Positions 20,583 through 30,350 are shown, numbered from the stretch's first letter. The stretch is DNA of 48,607 nucleotides from a virus (IMGVR_UViG_3300031992_000025:97932-146538); one strand, 5' to 3'. The notes: a model not told the origin generated them from the sequence alone. Translations and numbers: made by a program.

Positions 20583-21899
20583 ATGACGTCACAATTACAA
20601 GTATTAAATAAAGTATTACAAACTAAAGACTTTTCATTGATTGAGTTAAATAATTTAACTGAAGACTTCTTCTTTAACTATAAAGCCGAGTTCAATTATA
20701 TTAAAAATCATTATGAAAAGTATCAAACAGTTCCAGATAAGTTAACTTTTATTAACGTTTTTCCGGAATTTGATATTATTGAGGTTACTGAGCCAGATAA
20801 CTATTTAATTGAACAATTATATAAAGATTATAACTCAAGCTTTATTGCTATGAGATTTAATAAAATTAAAGGTTTGATTGAGGCTGATAAAACTGATGAA
20901 GCTGTTGATTACTTAGTTAAATCTATTGATAGCTTACATCAAGGGTCTGCTATTCAATCACACGATTTACTTAATGATACAAGCAGATACGACCGCTATC
21001 TTGAAAGAGTTACAAACCACGATAAATATTATATTAGGACTGGTTTCCCTGAACTTGATAATATTATTGGCGGTCTAGATCGTGAAAATGAAAACATGGT
21101 TATTGCCGCTCGAACCGGTATAGGTAAAACTTGGACCTTATTAATCATGGCTGCTGCGGCAGTTCAACAAGGCTTAAGAGTTGGCATTTATTCAGGTGAA
21201 ATGTCTGTTGATAAAGTTGGCTATCGTATTGATACAATTATCGGCGGAATTAATAATAATGTTATTACCCGTGGCATTGATACATCAGTTCAAATGCAAT
21301 ATAAAGATTATCTTGAAAATCTAAAAAAAGGTATGTATTCTAAAGATGGTCGTGGAGCACTTAAAATCTTAACTCCAAATGACATTGCGGGTCCAGCAAC
21401 TGTTGCTGCACTCAGAGCATTTGTTGATAAAGAGCACTTAGAGATCTTATTCATTGACCAATACTCATTACTTGAAGATACAAGCCATGCTCAAACTGGG
21501 CATGAAAGAGTTGCTAATATTTCAAAAGCAGTTAAAAATCTTCAAGTTATGAAGAGAATCCCAATTGTTTCTGTTGCTCAAATGAACAGGACTAAGAATG
21601 ATGATGGTGAAAAAGACACAACCCAAATCGGTTTATCAGATAGAATTGGTCAAGATGCTACATGTGTTATTATGTTAGATAGAGAGCGTGAATATCTTGA
21701 TGAGAAGAAAACACAAGTCAAAGATGATAAACTTATTATGGACATTACCAAATCAAGAGATGGCGGCACTGGTAAATTAGTTTATAAAGCTAATTTCAAT
21801 ACCGGAAAATTCATTATTTTAAACCCAAGCGACCCAACAGATGCAAGTCGTTATGAAGTTAAAGAATCAGCTAATAAGGAAGACGGAGTATATTATTAA
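20583..21899 (+). CDS. DnaB-like replicative helicase
   Basis: TGFPELD, ARTGIGKT, YSGEM, FIDQY, AQMNR, QDA and KSRDG motifs. Confidence 0.9.
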   Translation: MTSQLQVLNKVLQTKDFSLIELNNLTEDFFFNYKAEFNYIKNHYEKYQTVPDKLTFINVFPEFDIIEVTEPDNYLIEQLYKDYNSSFIAMRFNKIKGLIEADKTDEAVDYLVKSIDSLHQGSAIQSHDLLNDTSRYDRYLERVTNHDKYYIRTGFPELDNIIGGLDRENENMVIAARTGIGKTWTLLIMAAAAVQQGLRVGIYSGEMSVDKVGYRIDTIIGGINNNVITRGIDTSVQMQYKDYLENLKKGMYSKDGRGALKILTPNDIAGPATVAALRAFVDKEHLEILFIDQYSLLEDTSHAQTGHERVANISKAVKNLQVMKRIPIVSVAQMNRTKNDDGEKDTTQIGLSDRIGQDATCVIMLDREREYLDEKKTQVKDDKLIMDITKSRDGGTGKLVYKANFNTGKFIILNPSDPTDASRYEVKESANKEDGVYY

Positions 21900-21902
21900 T
21901 AA

Positions 21903-22865
21903 ATGAGACAACTTATTATCGACAATTATGTAATTAATAAACCAATTGAAGAAGTCTTAAACTTACTTAGACTGTCTTTAACTAATGGTAAATTAAAAGA
22001 CATTGAAAATAAAGGCGATAATATCTTAGTCACTTGTCCACACCATGATGGTGGCCATGAAAATACTCCTGCCTGTAATATTTATATAGGCAATGATACG
22101 AAATTACCTTATGGCTACTTTAACTGCTTTGTTTGCGGTGAAAAAGGTTCATTCTTAAAGTTTGTTGCTGAATGCTTTGATGCACCAGAAAGCTATGCAA
22201 AGTCTTGGTTACTCAAAAATTTCGGCGGTGAACTAATTGCTAAAAATTTATTTATGGGTGAACCAATTGTCTTAAATAGAAACAAAGGCATTAAAAAGCA
22301 TTTAGATGAATCTATATTAGACCAATATCAAACTTGGTGTCCATATTTACATCAACGCAAGCTCACTCGTGAAACAGCTCAAAAATTTAATTTAAGATAT
22401 GATCCTAAGTACCGTCAAGTTATATTTCCATATTATAATGAAAAGGGTCAACTTATTACATTATTAAAGCGTAGTATTGACACAAACACATTTTTTATTG
22501 AAACTGGAATTACAAAGCCAGTTTATGGAATTAATAAAATTTTTCAAGATAATATTCATACATGTGTATTAACTGAAGGTTTATTTGACTGTTTATTAGC
22601 AAATCAATATGGTATACCAACAATTGCCACATTAGGAAATCCATCAGCTGAGCAGTTTGAACTAATAAATAAATCACCAATTTCAACAATATATTTGATG
22701 TTTGATAATGATAATGCTGGAAGGTCTTTTAATGAAAAGGCTCATAAGTATTTATCAAAAAGATTATTTATTATTGATGTAAACATTGTTGGTAAAAAAG
22801 ATATTGGTGAGCTATCTTATGATGAATTCTGGAAATTTATAAATATTGCTAAGGAGACTTTTTAA
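21903..22865 (+). CDS. DnaG-type primase
   Basis: CPHH..CFVC Zn finger, VIFP, TEGLFD and MFDNDNAG TOPRIM motifs. Confidence 0.9.
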   Translation: MRQLIIDNYVINKPIEEVLNLLRLSLTNGKLKDIENKGDNILVTCPHHDGGHENTPACNIYIGNDTKLPYGYFNCFVCGEKGSFLKFVAECFDAPESYAKSWLLKNFGGELIAKNLFMGEPIVLNRNKGIKKHLDESILDQYQTWCPYLHQRKLTRETAQKFNLRYDPKYRQVIFPYYNEKGQLITLLKRSIDTNTFFIETGITKPVYGINKIFQDNIHTCVLTEGLFDCLLANQYGIPTIATLGNPSAEQFELINKSPISTIYLMFDNDNAGRSFNEKAHKYLSKRLFIIDVNIVGKKDIGELSYDEFWKFINIAKETF

Positions 22866-23020
22866 TGAAAGCTAAAGAAGTTATGCAAATTTTGCAAATT
22901 ACACGTCCTACATTATGTAAATATGTAAAACAAGGTTTAATTAAGATAGACTCTTGTATTAATGGACAATATCGTTATAATGATGAATCAGTTTATAAAC
23001 TTGCAAATAATCAAAAATAA
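22865..23020 (+). CDS. small MerR/excisionase-type HTH protein (51 aa; not in ORF track)
   Basis: MKAKEVMQILQITRPTLCKYVKQGLIK..NGQYRY pattern; TAATG-coupled to the primase. Confidence 0.75.
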   Translation: MKAKEVMQILQITRPTLCKYVKQGLIKIDSCINGQYRYNDESVYKLANNQK

Positions 23021-23055
23021 TATTAAAAAACATTAAAAAACATTAAAATTTATTT

Positions 23056-23067
23056 GCTAAATTATAT
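23056..23067 (+). promoter_or_regulatory. GCTAAATTATAT late-type promoter motif
   Basis: Exact copy followed by an AAGGAG RBS. Confidence 0.6.
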
Positions 23068-23086
23068 GTAAGGAGCAAATAAAAAT

Positions 23087-23695
23087 ATGAAAAAATGAGT
23101 TGTTTACTGTCATCTAAATAAAATTAATGGAAAACGCTATATTGGCATTACAAGCAAAAAGCCAAGTTATAGATGAGATAATGGGAAAGGCTATTGGTCA
23201 AGTAGCATTTTTAATAAAGCTATTCAAAAATATGGCTGAAATAATTTTGAGCACATTATATTAGAAACAGACTTGACTAGAGATGAAGCTAAGCTAAGAG
23301 AGCGCTATTGAATTTCTTACTATCATACTTATATTAAAGACCCAGCTTGTCATGGCTATAATGGTACAGAAGGTGGTGATATTCCTTGAAATATAGGAAA
23401 ATCATTATCACCAGAACAAAAAAGTAAATGAGAAACTAGTATTAAAAATAATGCTAATTGATCACACAAAGGTCAAAAACGTAGCTCAGAAGTAGTTCAA
23501 AAAATTAGGAATTCTCATAAAAAGTATTCAAAACAAGTTTTATGTATAGAAACTGGTGAAATATTTGAATCAATTAAAGCTGCGGAACGTAAATATCATA
23601 ATAATCATATTAATGATTGCTGTAATGGTAAACGTAAAACTGCAGGAAAATTTCACTGAAAATTTATTAAAAACGACTCTAATAAAGTCGTATAA
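23087..23695 (+). mobile_element. free-standing GIY-YIG homing endonuclease, 202 aa with 8 TGA=Trp (absent from ORF track)
   Basis: VVYCHLNKINGKRYIGIT, RW..GKGY, AIQKYGW.NF, GYNGTEGG and a C-terminal NUMOD1-like VLCIETGEIFESIKAAER..CCNGKRKTAGKFHWKF. Confidence 0.88.
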
Positions 23696-23697
23696 TA
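23687..23697 (+). promoter_or_regulatory. GTCGTATAATA promoter variant upstream of ssb
   Basis: GTATAATA core overlapping the endonuclease stop codon. Confidence 0.5.
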
Positions 23698-23727
23698 TAA
23701 TATATGTGGTGGCTCACATTAAAAGGC

Positions 23728-23750
23728 TAAAAGATACTCATAAAAGATAC
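23728..23750 (+). repeat. TAAAAGATAC x2 in the ssb leader
   Basis: Copies at 23728 and 23741 directly before AAAGGAG; the same word occurs at 19162. Confidence 0.7.
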
Positions 23751-23767
23751 AAAGGAGAAAAAACACG

Positions 23768-24631
23768 ATGAGTCAATTTAATTACGATCAGTATCAAAAT
23801 GTTGTTAGTAGAGCACAATCTGCTCCAAGCAGCAACGCCGTGAAAATCGGTTTCTTCAAACTTAAAGATGGAGAAGAAGCATTAGTTAGAATTAATGTTA
23901 CTAAACTCGATGACCTTAAGTTTGCTACAGTTCATAAGCCAGTCTTTGGTAAGAAATTTGAAGGCTTAGGCACAGGCTTCACACCAGTTAGCTGTTTAAA
24001 TGAAGTTGGTTCCTACTCAGATGCTTGCCCATTCTGTAAAGCTGCTGCTGAAGGACACGAAGTTGTTGGCAAAGCTGCCAAAGTTGTCTATGTTCAAATG
24101 TTAGTTGCATATAAAGATGCTTCTACAGGTGCATTCTCTGCTGCTGTCCCAGTTGTTTGGGAACGTCCTGCTGGATTCTCTAAAGAATTAGCAAGCAAAC
24201 TCAGAGATTACGGAAGCTTAGCAGACCATGTTTTCAAGGTCAGTCGTTTAGGCGCTGGAAAAGATACTAAATATTCTTTAGATTACATTCCACTTTACGA
24301 CAAACCAGAAACTGTTACTACAGATTTTGGCGCATTCAGTAATTTCGATATTACAAAACATTCATTCTGGATCAAGTCAGCTGAAGATTTACAATATTTC
24401 CTTGACAATGGAACATTCCCAGCTACTGAACCAAAACCAGCTGAAACTTCAAGAAACTTAGAAAAAGTTATTCCAAACGCAGCTGAAGAAAAGAAAATTG
24501 AACAAGCTTTAGGTATCACACCAGAAGCTACACCAGCGCCAGCTGTTAAACCAACACCTGCGCCAGTTGCTGAGGAACCAAAACCAGCAGCTGAAAGACC
24601 AGCGAGAAACTTTAGCGGATTCTCATTCTAA
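23768..24631 (+). CDS. phage single-stranded DNA-binding protein (gp32-like)
   Basis: FFKLKDGEEALVR, Cys cluster (CL..CPFC), VWER, a Pro/Ala/Glu linker and an aromatic C-terminus; replisome context. Confidence 0.7.
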   Translation: MSQFNYDQYQNVVSRAQSAPSSNAVKIGFFKLKDGEEALVRINVTKLDDLKFATVHKPVFGKKFEGLGTGFTPVSCLNEVGSYSDACPFCKAAAEGHEVVGKAAKVVYVQMLVAYKDASTGAFSAAVPVVWERPAGFSKELASKLRDYGSLADHVFKVSRLGAGKDTKYSLDYIPLYDKPETVTTDFGAFSNFDITKHSFWIKSAEDLQYFLDNGTFPATEPKPAETSRNLEKVIPNAAEEKKIEQALGITPEATPAPAVKPTPAPVAEEPKPAAERPARNFSGFSF

Positions 24632-24654
24632 TTAAATTAAAATAAAAGGAGACT

Positions 24655-27600
24655 ATGATGGAAGGATTATTTGGAGCAGATTTTGATATTGACATTAAAC
24701 AAACTAAGTCTGATGTCAAGAAATTAGTCAAAAAAGCTTCAGGCGAGCCGAAAAAATCGGCAAAGTCTGATACAGAAAAGCTCTTAGCTTCAAAAAAACT
24801 TACCATTGAAGAGCGTCTTGCGATTATTAAAGAAAAAGTCATTAAGACCTTAGGATCACAAAGAACAAATACAGTGGTTATAAGAAGTCTTAATGACTTT
24901 TCTGCTTATATTGATGCTGCCATTCGAGCAGGCAGAATTGATATCGATACTGAAACCAATAACACTACTGATGCAATGAGCTCAGAAATGGTTGGTTTAT
25001 GTTTATATGTTCCAGGACAAAAGCAAGCTTACATTCCAATTAATCACGTCAATTATGAAACTGGTGAACTTTTGCCAAACCAATTAACTTATGATGACTG
25101 TAAAACTCAGTTGCAAAGGGTTTTAGATAATAAAATCAAAGTTATTATGCATAACGGCAAGTTTGACTATGAAGTTATTAATCATACTTGTAAAATTGCT
25201 GTTAAGCCTGACTGGGACACCATTATTGCTGCAAGATTAATTGATGAAAACCTATATAGCGATAAGAAAACTAGCTTAAAATGGTTATATGTCAATTTAA
25301 TTGACCCAAAGCAAGCTAAATATGATATTGAAGGCTTATTTGAAAATGTTCCTTATGCTTTCGTTGACCCAGAAATATTTGCTTTATACGCTGCTACTGA
25401 CTCAATGATGACTGATAAGATTTATCTTTGGGAACAACCATTTTTTGAAGGTGTTGATAACCAAAAACTTAAATGGTTATTTGAAAATATTGAAATGCCT
25501 ATCGTAGAAATTACTGCGAAAATGGAAATGCGTGGTGTTTGTATTGACGGTGATTTTGGTGAAAGACTTAAAAATAAATATAATACAGAATTATCTAATT
25601 TAGATACTAAAATTAATACTATTTTAGACTATTTGAAGCCAACTATTGAGGCTTGGCGATTGACACCAGAAGCCAATGAAAAAACTAAGTCTTATGTTCC
25701 TAAAAAAACTAAGATGAAGCAAGAAAAGATTGAAGAAACTTATAATTTAATTGATGCTGATGGTCGACGTTATAAAGAGTCAAAGACAAAAACTGAACAA
25801 TTAAAAGATCCAATTAATCTTAATGCAACTGTTCAATTAGCTATTCTTTTTTATGATATTCTATGTGTTAGTGAAGTTTATAAAAATGAAGACCGTAAAA
25901 CAGGCAAAGATGACCTTAAGGGTATTGCAGAGGCATTAAAACCATTAGTTACTGAGGAACAACAAGAAGCTTTACAAAAAGCAATTGAAGTCGATGCAGT
26001 AGATGATGAAGAAGATTTGACTCAAAAAGACTATGACCCAGAAACAGTAGAAGATATCAAGAGTCTTACACCTGAAAAGGCAGCTATTGCAGCAAATCTT
26101 TGTAGTTTATTGCTTGAACGTAGAGGACTTACAAAGTTAATTACTACATATATTGATGTTATTCCAGATTTAGCACAACATTGGGCTGATGGACGTATTA
26201 GATTCAGATTAAATTCTATGGGAACTGATACAGGTCGTTATAGTTCAGGTGGTAAATGGAAATATTTAGATAAAGATAATAAAGCTGTTACTATTTCAGG
26301 AATTAATATTCAAAATATTCCATCTCATAACCCAGAAATTCGTATGCTTTTTAAAGCAAAAGTTAATGAATATACTATTAATGTAAAAGCAAATGAGGGT
26401 GAGATTTTTGATGAGATAGAAGAGCTTGAAACAATAAAAGGTTTTGCTTTTATTAAAGATATTGTTGAAAATAATCTCAGTGTTTTAACAACTGATGGTG
26501 CTATTCTCAACATTAATCAATATAGTTATAATGAAGATAAGAAAGCATATAGAGTTACATTTGATGACAGTGGAACTATTAATGCTAAAACAAGATATAA
26601 GATTATCGGTTCAGACTATTCAGCACAAGAGCCACGTTTAACTGCTTTTATCAGTCAAGATAAGAAAATGATAGATGCTTATATGAATGGGCAAGATTTA
26701 TATGCAGTTATTGCACAATCTGCTTTCCATAACAACTATGAAGATAATCTTGAATTCTATCCAGAAGGAACTGTAATTGAAGAAAATGGACAAAAAATTA
26801 CTTGCGGTAAAAAAACTCACATGAATAAGCAAGGTAAGGAACGCCGTAAAGTTGGTAAAACTCTTCAATTAGCGGCTACTTATGGTATGTCTGGTGCCAC
26901 TGCTGGTATTAGACTTGGCTATTCAGGAGACCAGGCTAGGACTCAGGGGAATAACTTACTTAGAAAATTCTTTGAAGGTTTCCCAGATGTTAAGAGCACA
27001 ATAGATTATTCAAAAAAATTCTTAAAAGAAAATGGCTATGTTGAAGACTGGGCCGGTCGTAGAAGACATTTACCTGAAATTAATTTAAAAAAGTATGATG
27101 TTCATCTAAAAGAAAACAATGAATTTGCTAATTTTAACCCATTTTTAGGGTGTGCAAATAGAGATGACCAAAATGATGACTCTGTGAGATACTGGTGGTC
27201 TGTTGTTCAAAATAGAATCGATGCTTCTCAAGCTTTCCAAAGTCGTAGAGCTGAGAAGGAAGGCGAAGAATGGACACCAAATGGTGAAATGAGTAATAAG
27301 GCATATAGCATAATTGCTAAACTAGCCTTAGAAGGCAAGCCTTATGACCAAAAAGATAGACGTGGTAATTATCTAGTGCCACTACCATTAAAACCACTCT
27401 CCCCAGTAGTTATTACAGCTAATACTGGTAAGATTGCTCAAGCTGAAAGACAATGCTTCAATGCTCGTATTCAAGGTGGTGCAGCTTCTCTTACTAAGTT
27501 AGCGATGATTAATATTGATAGAGACCCGCTCTTAAATGAACTTGATGCACACTTAATTATTACAGTTCACGATGAAGTTTTAGTTGAGTGCCCAGCTTAC

Positions 27601-27870
27601 TATGCTGATCAAGTTGAACAAAGATTGCCTCAAATCATGATTGATACAGCTAAACCTTATATCAACGTCCCAATGAAGTGTGACCCATACAATGTTTCAA
27701 GATGGTATGCTGATGAAGCAGCTGTTGCTCTCAGAGATGAGTTTGAAAAATTAGAAAAGAAAAAGGTTCCACATGATATTGCTATGGAACAATTGTATAA
27801 TATACATAGTGAGTTAAGTAAAGCTGTTATTGATAATGCAATCAATAATGGTGCTGACTTAGAGTTTTAA
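24655..27870 (+). CDS. polA: family A DNA polymerase with 3'-5' exonuclease, no 5' nuclease domain, two insertions
   Basis: DTET, HNGKFD, YAATD, TGRYSS, NIQNIP, DYSAQEPR, K..QLAATYG, RIQGGAA and VHDE motifs. Confidence 0.93.
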   Translation: MMEGLFGADFDIDIKQTKSDVKKLVKKASGEPKKSAKSDTEKLLASKKLTIEERLAIIKEKVIKTLGSQRTNTVVIRSLNDFSAYIDAAIRAGRIDIDTETNNTTDAMSSEMVGLCLYVPGQKQAYIPINHVNYETGELLPNQLTYDDCKTQLQRVLDNKIKVIMHNGKFDYEVINHTCKIAVKPDWDTIIAARLIDENLYSDKKTSLKWLYVNLIDPKQAKYDIEGLFENVPYAFVDPEIFALYAATDSMMTDKIYLWEQPFFEGVDNQKLKWLFENIEMPIVEITAKMEMRGVCIDGDFGERLKNKYNTELSNLDTKINTILDYLKPTIEAWRLTPEANEKTKSYVPKKTKMKQEKIEETYNLIDADGRRYKESKTKTEQLKDPINLNATVQLAILFYDILCVSEVYKNEDRKTGKDDLKGIAEALKPLVTEEQQEALQKAIEVDAVDDEEDLTQKDYDPETVEDIKSLTPEKAAIAANLCSLLLERRGLTKLITTYIDVIPDLAQHWADGRIRFRLNSMGTDTGRYSSGGKWKYLDKDNKAVTISGINIQNIPSHNPEIRMLFKAKVNEYTINVKANEGEIFDEIEELETIKGFAFIKDIVENNLSVLTTDGAILNINQYSYNEDKKAYRVTFDDSGTINAKTRYKIIGSDYSAQEPRLTAFISQDKKMIDAYMNGQDLYAVIAQSAFHNNYEDNLEFYPEGTVIEENGQKITCGKKTHMNKQGKERRKVGKTLQLAATYGMSGATAGIRLGYSGDQARTQGNNLLRKFFEGFPDVKSTIDYSKKFLKENGYVEDWAGRRRHLPEINLKKYDVHLKENNEFANFNPFLGCANRDDQNDDSVRYWWSVVQNRIDASQAFQSRRAEKEGEEWTPNGEMSNKAYSIIAKLALEGKPYDQKDRRGNYLVPLPLKPLSPVVITANTGKIAQAERQCFNARIQGGAASLTKLAMINIDRDPLLNELDAHLIITVHDEVLVECPAYYADQVEQRLPQIMIDTAKPYINVPMKCDPYNVSRWYADEAAVALRDEFEKLEKKKVPHDIAMEQLYNIHSELSKAVIDNAINNGADLEF

Positions 27871-27880
27871 GGAGATATTT

Positions 27881-28180
27881 ATGGAAATAAACGGCAGAAA
27901 AACTAAACAAATTATTTATTGCTGGTTTGACCACTGCTTTTTAAGAGGAACCGGTATAGATAAACATATTATGGCAGCTATTGATAGCCATGACTGGACA
28001 CAATTTATAACTTACCAAGAAATCTTAAATAATATGGTTTCTGAAGGTCAGAATAATGAAAAATGGATCTATTTACCAGACCATGTTCATGTAGAATTTG
28101 AAGACGGTGAGTGGGAAATGGTTGATTTAACAAAAGAAATTTTTGAGCATATTGATGCTAATGAATATGAATGTGGTTAA
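27881..28180 (+). CDS. hypothetical protein
   Basis: AAGGAG RBS; 99 aa. Confidence 0.7.
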   Translation: MEINGRKTKQIIYCWFDHCFLRGTGIDKHIMAAIDSHDWTQFITYQEILNNMVSEGQNNEKWIYLPDHVHVEFEDGEWEMVDLTKEIFEHIDANEYECG

Positions 28181-28197
28181 TTTAAGGAGATAAAACG

Positions 28198-29325
28198 ATG
28201 ATTATCAAAACAAAAGATTTTGCCGAAGTTGCAAATAAGATTAAAGAAGCAGTTAGCTTAGATGAAAATGCAGCTAACTTAGAAGTAGTTGCTAAAGGAA
28301 CAAGTTTATTCTTAAACGTCACTAATAGAGAATTCTATGTTTCTGTTAAATATGACCTTACAGAAGAAACAAACTTTGCTGCTACGGTTGATGCTTCATT
28401 ATTCTTAGACCTTGTTTCTCAAATCACAGCTGAAACATTCAATTTAACTGTTGAAGGCCCAGCTTTAATTGTTGCTTCTGGTAAAAGTAAATATAAATTA
28501 CCAATGATTTATGATAATGATAAACTTATGAGTTTACCTGTTATTAAAATCGGCAATAAAACTGTTGAAATGCCAATTAGTTTTGACATTTTAGATAGTA
28601 TTTTAAATGTTAATAGTAAAGAAATTGCTAAAGTCAAAAAAATGGAAGTCAACGAACTTCAAAAGATGTATTATATTGATGAAACAGGTTGCTTCACATT
28701 TACAACTGGTGCCTGTGTTAATAGCTTTACTTTAGAAAAGCCTGTAAAACTCTTATTAAATGAGAAAATTGTCAAGTTATTTAAATTATTTAAAGATGAT
28801 GTTTTATTTAGCTTAGGCCAAGATCCACTTCCAAATGGAACCTCCCGAACTAAGATTACTTTAGAAACAGCAAATGTCTATTTAGCAGCTATTATTACAA
28901 GTGATGATGACTTAATTAATAAAGTTCAAGGTCCTTGTATTGCTACAAAACGTTTTATCTCTGAAGCTTATACTCACCACGTTGTATTATCTGCTAAAGA
29001 AGTATCTGCAGCCATTAATAGATTAATGTTATTCACAAAAAATAGCGTTGATAAAGCTAATATGGCATTTATTCAAGCAACCGTGGTCATTGATCCAGAT
29101 GAATTAGTCATCAAAGATAAGTTTGGTAATATGGAAACTGTTACTGTCGAAAACGGTAGTTATGTTGATGAAAGCTATACAATGGACATTAACTTAGCTG
29201 ATGTTAAATTAATTACTGATTCATGCAAGGGTGAGCATGTTACAATGAATTGTGGTAATCATAAGTCTGTTGTATTTGTCCGTGGAAATATCAGCAACTT
29301 AGTTCCTGAATGCAAGAAAGACTAA
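28198..29325 (+). CDS. beta-clamp (DnaN)-like sliding clamp
   Basis: 375 aa, beta-clamp size. LEVVAKGTSLFLNVTNREFYV, ATVDASLF and SGKSKYKLP follow the DnaN N-domain pattern; clamp-loader genes lie nearby. Confidence 0.7.
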   Translation: MIIKTKDFAEVANKIKEAVSLDENAANLEVVAKGTSLFLNVTNREFYVSVKYDLTEETNFAATVDASLFLDLVSQITAETFNLTVEGPALIVASGKSKYKLPMIYDNDKLMSLPVIKIGNKTVEMPISFDILDSILNVNSKEIAKVKKMEVNELQKMYYIDETGCFTFTTGACVNSFTLEKPVKLLLNEKIVKLFKLFKDDVLFSLGQDPLPNGTSRTKITLETANVYLAAIITSDDDLINKVQGPCIATKRFISEAYTHHVVLSAKEVSAAINRLMLFTKNSVDKANMAFIQATVVIDPDELVIKDKFGNMETVTVENGSYVDESYTMDINLADVKLITDSCKGEHVTMNCGNHKSVVFVRGNISNLVPECKKD

Positions 29326-29327
29326 TC

Positions 29328-29843
29328 ATGAGTAATTCAGTTTACGGAAAGAAATTTGAACAAAAATTCAAGGCTGACTGGAGGAAGTGCTTCCCAGGCA
29401 CTTTCCTTTTTAGGTTAAGCGACCAAGTTTCTGGCTATAAAACTACTTCACAAAACCCATGTGACTTCTTAGCAATGAATAATGGGTATTTGTGAATGCT
29501 TGAATGCAAAGAAACTAATGAAGGAACAATTAACTTTGCTAAAATACCACAACTTGATAGGACAGAAGGTTTAAAAGACTTTATTGGACTTAAAGATGTT
29601 CAGCCGTATGTTATAGTCTGGTTCAGAAAGTTTGATAAAGTTATTGCGGTTCCAGCTGCAGAAGCTTTAAGAATAAAAAAAGACGGTCATGCTTCAATAA
29701 GTTTAAAAATGCTTGAAGATAAATCGTATTATATAATAGAACTACCGTCTGTGAAACTAAGGACATTCTTAGATACAGACTATACATATTTAGTAAAGGA
29801 GGAAGTTCTCAATGAATGCAAAGCTCGAAAATGCTTTAACTAA
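29328..29843 (+). CDS. RecU-like Holliday junction resolvase, 171 aa with 1 TGA=Trp
   Basis: GKKFE, NPCDF and L-W(TGA 29493)-MLECKET join two track ORFs into one PD-(D/E)xK fold. Confidence 0.8.
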
Positions 29844-30348
29844 TGTAGAAACAACTTATGGCGAATTAGTAGAAATTGCTAATAGCATGTTAAAACCACT
29901 ATTTGACCCGATTAATCAGTTAGTTACTACAATTAATTCAACAATTAATGCTTTATCTATTGAACAAATCAGAGATTATATCTTACAGCTTCAATTAAAA
30001 GCATTTGAAATCAGTGAAACAAAAGAAAAAGCAGCCTTAAAAGCTGAATTAGCAGAAACTTTACAAAAAGAAAAGTTTGCTGTTAGTTTTAATAGTTTAG
30101 AAGGTTCAGCTGCTGTTAAAGAAAAGCTTGCTTTAGTTGAGGCTTCGCCTGAAGCAGTCTCAGAAACATTATACAATTTAGTTGCTAATTTACTCAAAAC
30201 TAAGCTTGATCAGTTACACCGTTTAGTTGATGCTTTGAAGAGTGTTTTAATGAGTAGAATGCAAGAAACTAAATTTATGAATATTGGCTCTTCTGGAGAC
30301 ATTCCTCCAACAGCAGGCCAAACATATCAAAATCCGACTAAGTTTTAA
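29812..30348 (+). CDS. coiled-coil protein, possibly a UvsY-like recombination mediator
   Basis: All-helical 178 aa protein upstream of recA; family call is inference only. Confidence 0.4.
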   Translation: MNAKLENALTNVETTYGELVEIANSMLKPLFDPINQLVTTINSTINALSIEQIRDYILQLQLKAFEISETKEKAALKAELAETLQKEKFAVSFNSLEGSAAVKEKLALVEASPEAVSETLYNLVANLLKTKLDQLHRLVDALKSVLMSRMQETKFMNIGSSGDIPPTAGQTYQNPTKF

Positions 30349-30350
30349 TT

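Noticed and set aside
22865-23767. Group I intron or IS607 element around the GIY-YIG/HTH genes
   Set aside because: The flanking primase and ssb genes are intact, no intron core is visible, and the HTH lacks a serine recombinase domain and a tnpB partner.
23556-23771. Track ORF MKYLNQLKLR..., and the off-frame plus-strand ORFs at 10828, 31167, 36135 and 41522
   Set aside because: They overlap better-supported genes in another frame, e.g. the recoded GIY-YIG gene.
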